Both the position numbers and the translations under genes were made by a program. This document shows positions 1 through 7,595 of a DNA stretch of 27,165 nt, piece by piece; within the stretch, counting starts at the first letter, position 1; every line of letters begins with the position of its first letter. Source of the DNA: a virus (taxonomy: Duplodnaviria > Caudoviricetes). The notes under the pieces are model-generated. The model was not told where the DNA came from. It worked only from the letters and a program-made list of their open reading frames with translations, and searched no databases. The DNA is taken from positions 1-27,165 of IMG/VR virus record IMGVR_UViG_3300005805_000382; one strand, given 5' to 3'.

Positions 1-171
1 CTGTGCAATGTAGGTAATATCCTTATGTTGTTTGGGAAACATAAGTTCTGTTTTTCCTTTGCAATTCGCAAGGTCAAACCATGATTTTCCAGGTATATCT
101 ACTTCTGATTCTGGTGTGGAACTTTTATTGGGTAATTTTTGTGTGGGTTTAGATTTGTCTGAACCAGGCAA
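1..171 (-). CDS. whiB: WhiB-family Fe-S transcription regulator, N-terminal part (truncated by the window start)
   Basis: Not in the ORF track; translated by hand. TTG at 171 follows AAGGAG and reads MPGSDKSKPTQKLPNKSSTPESEVDIPGKSWFDLANCKGKTELMFPKQHKDITYIAQ. W-x3-A-x-C-x-G...L-M-F-P matches the WhiB N-terminal pattern. The other three Cys would lie outside the window. Confidence 0.75.
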   Translation of the reverse strand, partial: MPGSDKSKPTQKLPNKSSTPESEVDIPGKSWFDLANCKGKTELMFPKQHKDITYIAQ

Positions 172-364
172 GATTTTCTCCTTATGGACTATTTGATAAG
201 CCCCCTGGATATTCTTGCCTATATTTTGTTTTGATGCCTGTCTAGTACTTATTCTTGTTCTACTACCTATATGTAGGTATAGAGGCCTACGCGGTATTCA
301 GAAACGTGGAGGGATTATTGGCGCTCGTTTTCGCTCTTATTAAGCGTGTGTTTGAGGCCGGCGT

Positions 365-622
365 CTAGTGCCCGTGTGGCGCTTCGCCCTGCTTGCCATC
401 CTTGACCCAGCGGAACATATTGCGCCAGTGGACCCACTGCCATAGGAGCCACATAGCCAGAAATCCAGGCTTGTCGAAAAGTATTGAATAGACAGCCCAT
501 GGGAAAGAGTGGAGAGCGACAATCATGTGCCCATACCAGCGTTTATTGCCGACCGTATAACTGCCGTATACGCCGACTATCTCCATTAGAAACAGGAGCC
601 AGGTCCAGGTTGATTCACTCAT
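365..622 (-). CDS. Small Trp-rich membrane protein (about 3 TM helices; possibly PnuC-like)
   Basis: 85-aa ORF with three hydrophobic, aromatic-rich segments. Its start overlaps the upstream stop (ATGA). Confidence 0.7.
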   Translation of the reverse strand: MSESTWTWLLFLMEIVGVYGSYTVGNKRWYGHMIVALHSFPWAVYSILFDKPGFLAMWLLWQWVHWRNMFRWVKDGKQGEAPHGH

Positions 623-1293
623 TTTTTCGTTTTTCTTGTAGCGGGAGTCGGCTTTTTCTGTACCGCAACTGTCCCATCCTTGTTGACCTGAACCAAAGTC
701 TGGTACGGGGGGCCACTGTATGGGTCCATCTTGGAGGCGATACCCATAGCCTTGAGGGCCATCGACCTAGCCTGAACCTGATTGGGCGATTTGGAGTTCG
801 ACAGGGCGAGGAGTGCGCCGAGGGCATACGGTGCGCCCGTCCCAACGGCGTACACCATTGAGGAGTCGCTCGCCCATGAATAATCCTCATCAATAACGTA
901 TATCACCCCGTTGACCACCACCAGGATTGCAGACCCCTGCTGGGCAGAGTTGTTATCTTTGCCATCCCTGATTGACTCAATCGGCGAGTATCCGTGTACA
1001 TCGAAGCATGAACGCAACGATGGAATAAATTTAGCTGTAATGAAGGCGTCGAGCTTCTTGCCTTTTAGCCCAACTGGTGGGGTTGGGGGCTGAAAAGCGT
1101 GGTGCAGTATATTGATAGCGCGGACGTCGCCAGCTGCCCCCAGGATATACTTCCCATTGGTGGCAATCTTTGGCTGACCGGACGAAAGTACGCTCTTCTG
1201 GTAGCCAAACCCCGAGCCATCAAATGCAGTGACCTGCATATCTGCGGCGATAAGAGCAAATCCATCGCCCTGGATTCCGATGATGGTAGTCAT
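619..1293 (-). CDS. HslV / 20S proteasome beta-subunit-like Ntn threonine protease
   Basis: MTTIIG start (Thr1 nucleophile after Met removal), IAAD, PKI (Lys33-like), GAAGD, AVGTGAPYALGAL (GSG-motif equivalent), C-terminal DPYSG. Confidence 0.88.
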   Translation of the reverse strand: MTTIIGIQGDGFALIAADMQVTAFDGSGFGYQKSVLSSGQPKIATNGKYILGAAGDVRAINILHHAFQPPTPPVGLKGKKLDAFITAKFIPSLRSCFDVHGYSPIESIRDGKDNNSAQQGSAILVVVNGVIYVIDEDYSWASDSSMVYAVGTGAPYALGALLALSNSKSPNQVQARSMALKAMGIASKMDPYSGPPYQTLVQVNKDGTVAVQKKPTPATRKTKK

Positions 1294-1295
1294 GC

Positions 1296-1538
1296 CTAAA
1301 GATTATCTTCATCTTCGGCTTTGTCAAGTAAATCCCGAATTAGGCCTTCCAGCATGTCGGATGACATGCTCTGGATTTCTTTGTATGCCTCGGTCCCGAA
1401 CTCGCTCATGCTATACAGCCATTCCCCGGTGTCGGTAATTCCTGAAACCTCAATTAATCCGGCTTTTCTTAACACCTCTAAATCCTTTAGCAGGTCTTCG
1501 TGTGTGTAGTTTTCGTCCTCTGGTATCCCAAAACTCAT
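1296..1538 (-). CDS. Hypothetical acidic protein with a winged-helix-like segment
   Basis: ATG at 1538 overlaps the upstream TGA (ATGA coupling), so it is preferred over the track start at 1589. LEVLRKAGLIEV...WLYSMSEFG resembles a wHTH helix plus wing. Confidence 0.65.
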   Translation of the reverse strand: MSFGIPEDENYTHEDLLKDLEVLRKAGLIEVSGITDTGEWLYSMSEFGTEAYKEIQSMSSDMLEGLIRDLLDKAEDEDNL

Positions 1539-2749
1539 ACTGCTACATATTCCTTCCCGCGGAAAATTCCCCGTCCTTGATAAATCCACATTGGCTCATA
1601 GTTGAACCATTCGTTGCCGACGCCAAATGGCTGGAATGTGACCACTCCTAGTCCTTGTTGCCAGTTCTCTGCACCCTGAAGTATTGGGCGACCAAATTCG
1701 TCCATACCAGACTTCGTGGAGGGTACTGCGCCATCTACACGGCATAGACAGCCAGGACTTGCGGCCATGATTGTTCTGGGGCCGTGGTCAGTCCTATAAG
1801 TACGGTATGCAAGCTCATTGCGGTGAATGTGTCCGTATATCACCGAAATTCTTTCGTTATCCAGGTACTTTTTGGTGGTTGAGTTGTTTGAAACAACTTT
1901 GTCACCGTGTACAACGACAAGATTCGAGTTCAGATAGTGGGCAGACTCTGGGTATCCAGGCAGGTAGGAAACCTTGAATTCGTCCATTCGGCACAAGAAC
2001 GGCACGGAAAGTACCGGCCATTTGTCTCTAAATTTTTCTACTTTGCCCCGAGTAATACCAAACGCAGCTTCTGCGTTGGTTTGGATATATCTAGCCATTC
2101 GCGCCTCGTGGTTCCCGGCAATCCATATGATTTCGGCATGCGGAGCGGCATCCCTTATCTGGGCACAGAGCATTGTAGCCCTATCAATTGACGCCTGGAC
2201 AAGTTGCTTGAATGGCGCGGCGGTCAGGTATTTGCCAAATTCGGCAAAATCGAGGTTATCCCCAACCATTACAACCTGCTGGGGCTGGAGGTCTTTGATT
2301 ACGCCTATGGCAACTGCTATCGCCGACTCATCATGAATCGGCTCCAGGTCCATTGAATCAAGGGACTTCCGGTAGAATCCGATTTGTATATCAGGGACTA
2401 TGACTGCCGTGTGCCACTCTTTCGGGCGGGCTGATTTTGTCGTTGTCTTTTGTAGTTGTATGGACGGCCCCTGTTGGATAACCGGCCAAGCCGGGCCGTC
2501 CTCCCACGCAGGACTGAACTGAATTGCCTGTAGGTCATGTACTTCTGTTTCACCTTCGTCGTTTTTTGTGACTGTCTGGTATAGGGATATCTTATGGATT
2601 GCCCCTACCTCGTCGGCGGAGATGCCCTTTCTCTGGAGCATCTGGGCGATGTCGTTGAGACCTTTTTTTGAGAGAGACTGTTCTTCCTGCTTTTCAGTAA
2701 TAGTCTTTAATTTGGAGCCAAGATTATTTGGTTTGCGTTTTTCAGCCAT
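1535..2749 (-). CDS. Calcineurin-like metallophosphoesterase
   Basis: Ordered motifs PDIQ, GDNLD, GNHE, HGD and GHIH, after a ~110-aa N-terminal extension. Confidence 0.9.
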   Translation of the reverse strand: MAEKRKPNNLGSKLKTITEKQEEQSLSKKGLNDIAQMLQRKGISADEVGAIHKISLYQTVTKNDEGETEVHDLQAIQFSPAWEDGPAWPVIQQGPSIQLQKTTTKSARPKEWHTAVIVPDIQIGFYRKSLDSMDLEPIHDESAIAVAIGVIKDLQPQQVVMVGDNLDFAEFGKYLTAAPFKQLVQASIDRATMLCAQIRDAAPHAEIIWIAGNHEARMARYIQTNAEAAFGITRGKVEKFRDKWPVLSVPFLCRMDEFKVSYLPGYPESAHYLNSNLVVVHGDKVVSNNSTTKKYLDNERISVIYGHIHRNELAYRTYRTDHGPRTIMAASPGCLCRVDGAVPSTKSGMDEFGRPILQGAENWQQGLGVVTFQPFGVGNEWFNYEPMWIYQGRGIFRGKEYVAV

Positions 2750-3032
2750 TGTTGGTATCCTCTTCGTCGGTAAAGTTCAGACAGCATTTTTCCGAAGAAG
2801 TTGTACCCTTGAAGCAGGTAGAGCGCTTTTGGCCCAAATATTCCCTGCTCAGTTTTAATCCCTCTTCATTTAGAGCCCTGACAAGGCTCATCGTGGAAGC
2901 TGGGCCAGCAAGAGCCTGGATTAGAAGCTCGGCTGTTTCCTGGTCCTGGGAAGAAATAATGCGCCCTAGTTTGCAGTCCCTAGACTGACCCTCCGGGTGC
3001 TCCACTATTTGCTTTAACACATCTTTGAGCAT
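2742..3032 (-). CDS. Hypothetical protein (Cys-containing, possible HTH), coupled to the phosphoesterase
   Basis: 96-aa ORF with GGAGG upstream of the ATG; overlaps the next start by 8 nt. Confidence 0.7.
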   Translation of the reverse strand: MLKDVLKQIVEHPEGQSRDCKLGRIISSQDQETAELLIQALAGPASTMSLVRALNEEGLKLSREYLGQKRSTCFKGTTSSEKCCLNFTDEEDTNNG

Positions 3033-3151
3033 TGTGCCTCCGCCTGCTATTCTCGGGTGAAATAGATGATTGTCTCGTAGATGACCACACTGGCGGCCAC
3101 ATGGAGTTTCGCAGATAATACATCAAACGTCAAGCAAGGGCGAGGCACAGG

Positions 3152-3601
3152 GTGAAAAACAACAAATCAAACAAGGTCAAAAGCGTGCTCGGGGATGTCC
3201 TTGCCGAAATCGGACAAAGCGAGGACAAAGATGAAGCAGTGCAAAAAATACTTGAAGCATTAGACGACAAAAAAATACTTCGCTATCACAGAGATAATGA
3301 AATATCTCTTCTATCAACAGCAGGAAGAGTGCTTGTATCGTTGATGTCGGACTCAACAATGACCATCAGGGCGCTATCTGTTTATCTGGATTTAAGCGAA
3401 ACCATGGTTGACAAGACCGTAAAACAGCTTATTGCGCATGGGCTAATTACAAAGACAAAAGTGAACCGACAAAATGTCTACCGCTTTAATGAAAAAACAA
3501 TCATGTCCCAGCCTGATATACAGCAGTTCATGAGGGCTATCAGCTCACTTGAAGCCCCAAACGGCAAGGCCGGTCCGGTTGTTGATGACTCTCCGTTCTA
3601 G
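3152..3601 (+). CDS. MarR-like winged helix-turn-helix protein
   Basis: LLSTAGRVLVSL...MTIRALSVYLDLSETMVDKTVKQLIAHGLITKTKVNRQNVYRF is a typical wHTH plus wing. Confidence 0.8.
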   Translation: MKNNKSNKVKSVLGDVLAEIGQSEDKDEAVQKILEALDDKKILRYHRDNEISLLSTAGRVLVSLMSDSTMTIRALSVYLDLSETMVDKTVKQLIAHGLITKTKVNRQNVYRFNEKTIMSQPDIQQFMRAISSLEAPNGKAGPVVDDSPF

Positions 3602-3615
3602 TAAAATCATTGACC

Positions 3616-4092
3616 ATGGGTGACTCACGCAAAGCAACAACACCGCGACCATATGCAAATCACGGCAGTAAGTCGTACCATCTTCTAACCTACGGACGGA
3701 TGGTTCGTCGCCCATTTACAACACGGGAAATCAAGGATGTGCTGCGCGGGGTTTTCCCTTCAGACAGGACAGACGATGCCAGCGACCCGGCTAATAGATT
3801 GGCCAAAAAGGGTTTTTTAAAAAAACTAGATACGAATCTCTGGCAGATAACGCCTGAAGGCTTGGCCGAACTTCAGCGGTCAATTGCCTATTACAGGGAA
3901 CTCAAACTCCGCGTTCTAGGCGCTAGCTACATTGAAAAGGTATCAGAACGTGAACGGCGAGCACGCATGAAGGTCAACCTAAGCGACCAGCTCGACATGG
4001 AAGAGGAAATCCTCGAAGAGATGGCCCAAAGAATTGATGCAGTGAAAGAACGCAAGGTCAGGAAGCGAAACCAAAGGCGAAAGAACGCCTAA
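3616..4092 (+). CDS. Winged-helix-like protein with a charged coiled-coil C-terminus
   Basis: FTTREI...ANRLAKKGFLKKLDTNLWQITPEG resembles a wHTH; the tail is E/R/K-rich and helical. ATG at 3616 is used (track start is TTG 3610). Confidence 0.7.
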   Translation: MGDSRKATTPRPYANHGSKSYHLLTYGRMVRRPFTTREIKDVLRGVFPSDRTDDASDPANRLAKKGFLKKLDTNLWQITPEGLAELQRSIAYYRELKLRVLGASYIEKVSERERRARMKVNLSDQLDMEEEILEEMAQRIDAVKERKVRKRNQRRKNA

Positions 4093-4433
4093 GCACCCGT
4101 CCCGTTGCTAATCAGCCAGGCGTTAAAGATTTCGTCAGTCATTGGCATAAACCAAACCTGGCATGAATCTTCGTTGTTCTTGTCGCCAATAACCGTCCAG
4201 CATATTTCTATGTCCTCGGCAGCAGGACACACGCCACCATTGCAGTCGAGGCCGTAATTCAAAATGAACTTAGTGACGATGCAGTCGTTATTCTGGTTCA
4301 GGCACTCTCCAGAGCCTTTTTCTCTTGATGGGCAAGTGACTTCGAGGACCTCTAATTCGGCGCGATTGATGCGAAGCTTTATGGAGTGTCCGTCGTTGTG
4401 CCAAACCTGCTCAACTTCCTGTATTTTCGCCAT
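4089..4433 (-). CDS. Hypothetical Cys-containing protein
   Basis: 114-aa ORF with 7 Cys. Its stop overlaps the stop of the convergent gene. Confidence 0.7.
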   Translation of the reverse strand: MAKIQEVEQVWHNDGHSIKLRINRAELEVLEVTCPSREKGSGECLNQNNDCIVTKFILNYGLDCNGGVCPAAEDIEICWTVIGDKNNEDSCQVWFMPMTDEIFNAWLISNGTGA

Positions 4434-4524
4434 AATGTCTTAAAGCCACCAGCTCAGATAAATTTGAAAAAATCACCACGTCCCTTTACGCTGGCAGTGG
4501 CTACCAATAAAATACCAGCCTTCG

Positions 4525-4854
4525 TTACACTGAGGCAGAAGAATTTTTGCTACTGCTAATTCTTTTAGCAACATTCTGCTCGTGGTTGGAAATTTCTTCG
4601 TCACTAACCGCTGTCCCCTTTTTGTCAAAGCGGGAGAAGACGGCGTTTATCTCTTTCGCCGTCAACTTCCCATCATCAAGAAAAGCCCTAGACAGCCCCT
4701 CGACAACGGTTGCGACGCCGGCGATACCAGCCATAAAAACCGATTTCCAAACAGGAACACCGGCGATAGTGCCGGCGCCGATGACACCCAGTCCGGAAGC
4801 CGCAAAAGTTGCGACTATCCTCATAAGTATGTTAGCTACCAAATCACGCTTCAT
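4525..4854 (-). CDS. Holin-like two-TM membrane protein with an EF-hand-like loop
   Basis: ATG at 4854 follows AGGAG (track start 4890). Two hydrophobic helices, then DDGKLTAKEI and a charged tail. Confidence 0.7.
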   Translation of the reverse strand: MKRDLVANILMRIVATFAASGLGVIGAGTIAGVPVWKSVFMAGIAGVATVVEGLSRAFLDDGKLTAKEINAVFSRFDKKGTAVSDEEISNHEQNVAKRISSSKNSSASV

Positions 4855-6253
4855 CTTCGCTCCTATATGACAGTGAAAGAATAAATCCAATAAGCATTAA
4901 TATGAGACCTGAGGCCCAGACCCAAAATACGCTCACCCCTGTTTGTGGTAACTCCCCATGGTGATGCGAACTGTGGTCGTGTACGGTTGTTGGTACAATT
5001 GGAGCTATGGATGAAGTAGAAGCAGTTATTATCTGGGTTGTCTGTGTGGCTGTCTGGTCTATTGTTGTACTACTACTTGCAACAGCCTGAGTTGTTGTTG
5101 GGGCGATTGTCGTTGTACTCACAACCGTAGTAGTCGGGGCAATTGTTGTTGCGGGCGCCAATGTTGTTGTTGGCGGATTCCATGAAACGGTTGCAGAAAC
5201 AGTTTTAGCCACGCCATTAACAGTCGCTGTTGCTGTGTAAACGGCAGTTCCCTGTGTATTCGTTCTAATTGTTATTGTTGCGATACCGGAGGCGTTTGTT
5301 GTTGCGGTAAAAGTTTTACCAGCATCAGGACCAGCACTGACAGTAACCGTGACAACTACGTTTGGTTGGGCAACACCGGCGAGAGTTTGCGCAGTTGCCG
5401 TAATGGTCAAATCTTCACCAGCATTGGGGCTCGCTGGGGATATGCCAAGAGTGAAAGAACTCGGCAATGAGACAGAGCCCCCACCAATTGAAACGGATTT
5501 TCTTGTGCTTGAAATCGTTGGATATGGATAGTCAACAAGGGTTTTAAGTGTTCCTACATTGCCAGTAAAATAGCCATGCCAACATGCTGCGACCATTGTG
5601 TTTGTTAACCCAAAGTCTGCAGTTCCATCAGCAGTAGCATCTGGACCGCCGTTACATCCACCGTTGTTGTATACGGCGCTCGGCAGGAGTGCTGTCAACC
5701 AACCATATGTTCCATTGTTGGCAAAAATTCCACCACCAGAGTTGACAAAGTCTGCAATTTTTTCAGCGTTGCTTGTAAAAATAGATTCAACGGCAGCGGG
5801 TCTACTCCAGTTGTCCGGTATCCAGATGATTGCTGGTTTGATTGTGTTTATGTTGGTAAAGAAATCGTTCACCTGAGTGGTGGAGTTGTAGAAATTAACA
5901 GTTGGAGCGGTGGTGAATTGACCTAAATATTTTGTTGTTAAAAGCGTATTCCAGTTACCGCCACAGGAGTTGGTTGTTCCGTTTGCTCCGAGAACAGCAA
6001 TTGTTCCATTATTTGAAGACGTAACTGAGTCGTATGTTTTCTTTAACACTTGGGCTATGTATCCCCAAGTTCCTTCAAAACCAGAATGACAAACAGGGTC
6101 CATGCCATCAAGTACTATTGGCCCCCCACCAGATGTTGCCAGAGCTGGCTGACCAGAAATGATAGACAAATCTCCGTCTGATTTTTGTATTGAAAAAGGC
6201 AGCGCGAGTGCTGTTACAAAACATGCTGTCGCAAGTATTCGCCCAAGTTTCAT
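4844..6253 (-). CDS. Exported surface protein: signal peptide, alpha/beta domain, Big_1-like Ig domain, Thr-rich linker, LPQTG + TM anchor
   Basis: N-terminal MKLGR plus hydrophobic stretch. IADFVNSGGGIFA (GATase1-like fold segment). ITATAQTLAGVAQPNVVVTVTV...TTNASGIAT (Big_1-like). (A/S)PTTT repeats. LPQTG at 4937-4951 followed by ~20 hydrophobic residues. Alternative start TTG 6259. Confidence 0.82.
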   Translation of the reverse strand: MKLGRILATACFVTALALPFSIQKSDGDLSIISGQPALATSGGGPIVLDGMDPVCHSGFEGTWGYIAQVLKKTYDSVTSSNNGTIAVLGANGTTNSCGGNWNTLLTTKYLGQFTTAPTVNFYNSTTQVNDFFTNINTIKPAIIWIPDNWSRPAAVESIFTSNAEKIADFVNSGGGIFANNGTYGWLTALLPSAVYNNGGCNGGPDATADGTADFGLTNTMVAACWHGYFTGNVGTLKTLVDYPYPTISSTRKSVSIGGGSVSLPSSFTLGISPASPNAGEDLTITATAQTLAGVAQPNVVVTVTVSAGPDAGKTFTATTNASGIATITIRTNTQGTAVYTATATVNGVAKTVSATVSWNPPTTTLAPATTIAPTTTVVSTTTIAPTTTQAVASSSTTIDQTATQTTQIITASTSSIAPIVPTTVHDHSSHHHGELPQTGVSVFWVWASGLILMLIGFILSLSYRSEDEA

Positions 6254-6293
6254 CCCCAAAATAAACCCCCGTTTATTTACTTAAATATAAAAA

Positions 6294-6512
6294 TTAACCA
6301 CCAGAAGATGCGCATCCTGCAGAGCAATAATGGATTTCGTTTTTCACACGTATCATCCCGCGTATTGTTTTTTTACCGCATGTAGCGCATGTAGTGAATG
6401 CGCCGAAACCGCCCCAGTATTTAACCATCGTGCCATATATGGCTGGGTCTTGGACAACAACTTTTGATTGACCAGCTATCGGTTTTGCTGGTTTCTTTTT
6501 GCTACCAGCCAT
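6294..6512 (-). CDS. Small basic zinc-finger-like protein
   Basis: CATC...HYCSAGC (CxxC / CSxxC, treble-clef-like); TAATG coupling to the upstream gene. Confidence 0.7.
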   Translation of the reverse strand: MAGSKKKPAKPIAGQSKVVVQDPAIYGTMVKYWGGFGAFTTCATCGKKTIRGMIRVKNEIHYCSAGCASSGG

Positions 6513-6742
6513 TATTGTTCTCCATCGCTTTTGCTCTTCCCGGCAAAATACCCACCAATAATTCCAATAAGCCCGACAAGGGCATTCTGGACTAAAGCAA
6601 TTGCATCCGAGTTGGTGCTGTATTTTTCACCAGTAGACAACTGTTGTGCAAGCATCGAAGAATATTCGCCGATAACAACAAGACCAATAAAACCGAGTAT
6701 TCCCAGGGTTATATAAACCATCAATTTATCTTTTATTTTCAC
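6512..6742 (-). CDS. Two-TM membrane protein, holin candidate
   Basis: Two TM helices with a charged C-terminus; GTG start overlaps the upstream TAG; lies in the endolysin cassette. Confidence 0.7.
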   Translation of the reverse strand: MKIKDKLMVYITLGILGFIGLVVIGEYSSMLAQQLSTGEKYSTNSDAIALVQNALVGLIGIIGGYFAGKSKSDGEQ

Positions 6743-6990
6743 TACACATCACCCTTTGCATGGTCACGGATGTGTTGGTCAACCTTGGCTTCTGTACGCT
6801 CTACGCCTTTTTCAACCCTGTCGATAGATATACCAAGGTTTTTGCCAAGATTTTCAATCTTGTCGACAACAAAATTATGGTCAGCTTTATTTTCATTCCA
6901 CCGGGCCTTGTTTGAGCGTCGCCCATGTTCCATAAAGCCGACAACGATTAACCCAAATGTGCCAATCAGGGAAACAATAATTTCATTCAT
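6742..6990 (-). CDS. Single-TM lysis-cassette membrane protein with coiled coil
   Basis: N-terminal TM, then heptad-like LGISIDRVEKGVERTEAKVDQHIRDH. Directly follows the endolysin (TAATG), a layout typical of actinophage lysis cassettes. Confidence 0.72.
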   Translation of the reverse strand: MNEIIVSLIGTFGLIVVGFMEHGRRSNKARWNENKADHNFVVDKIENLGKNLGISIDRVEKGVERTEAKVDQHIRDHAKGDV

Positions 6991-7520
6991 TATGCACCGG
7001 GCTTAGGAAGCGCTTTCCAGGCTGCTTCCATTTTGGCCGCATCTTTTGCAAATTCTGGCTCGAGCTCTATATGAATCCACTGCCCACCAAATGAGCCGGC
7101 GTTATCTTTCGCGTCATAAATTTTGACACCAGCCTCACCCTCTCCGCGACTGCACCTGAATCCGCGACCATAGCCTGGCTTGCCATCCTTGGCGTTTGCA
7201 TCAAATGCATAGTCGTGGATTTCAACAAGCCCCAGTTCTTTGGTGTACTTGATGAACCAGTTCCACATTTCTAGACCAGTCTTGCGGTCCGGGTAGCCAA
7301 TGTCAGCAGCAGCACCAGTGGCATGAACCGATAGCCATTTCTCCATACCTGGGTCGCTCGCCTTTTTGCCCTCTGTGTGAGAGTTGCGCATAAGGCGATT
7401 TGCATAAATGCCCATATTTTTTGTCTTCCATCTGCGGCCACAGGCGGCTACAAACCACTCTGTTCCGGCCCCAGCCTTTTTGCCATCAAACGACGGATAG
7501 TACGGGTACTTCCTGGGCAT
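6990..7520 (-). CDS. Putative endolysin, Zn-dependent M15/LAS-type peptidase (catalytic domain only)
   Basis: R...SVHATGAAAD (SxHxxGxAxD) and WIHIE; strong GGAGG RBS; followed by small TM genes. Confidence 0.75.
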   Translation of the reverse strand: MPRKYPYYPSFDGKKAGAGTEWFVAACGRRWKTKNMGIYANRLMRNSHTEGKKASDPGMEKWLSVHATGAAADIGYPDRKTGLEMWNWFIKYTKELGLVEIHDYAFDANAKDGKPGYGRGFRCSRGEGEAGVKIYDAKDNAGSFGGQWIHIELEPEFAKDAAKMEAAWKALPKPGA

Positions 7521-7595
7521 ATTTCCTCCAACAGTGCAAGATTGGTGAAATAAATTGTACTAAATAAAAAACCACAATTCGAAGAGTTTTGAGGA

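Noticed and set aside
315-893. Overlapping short ORFs (315-500, 340-522, 484-861, 615-893)
   Set aside because: They are alternative frames over the membrane-protein and protease genes, which are coupled by an ATGA overlap.
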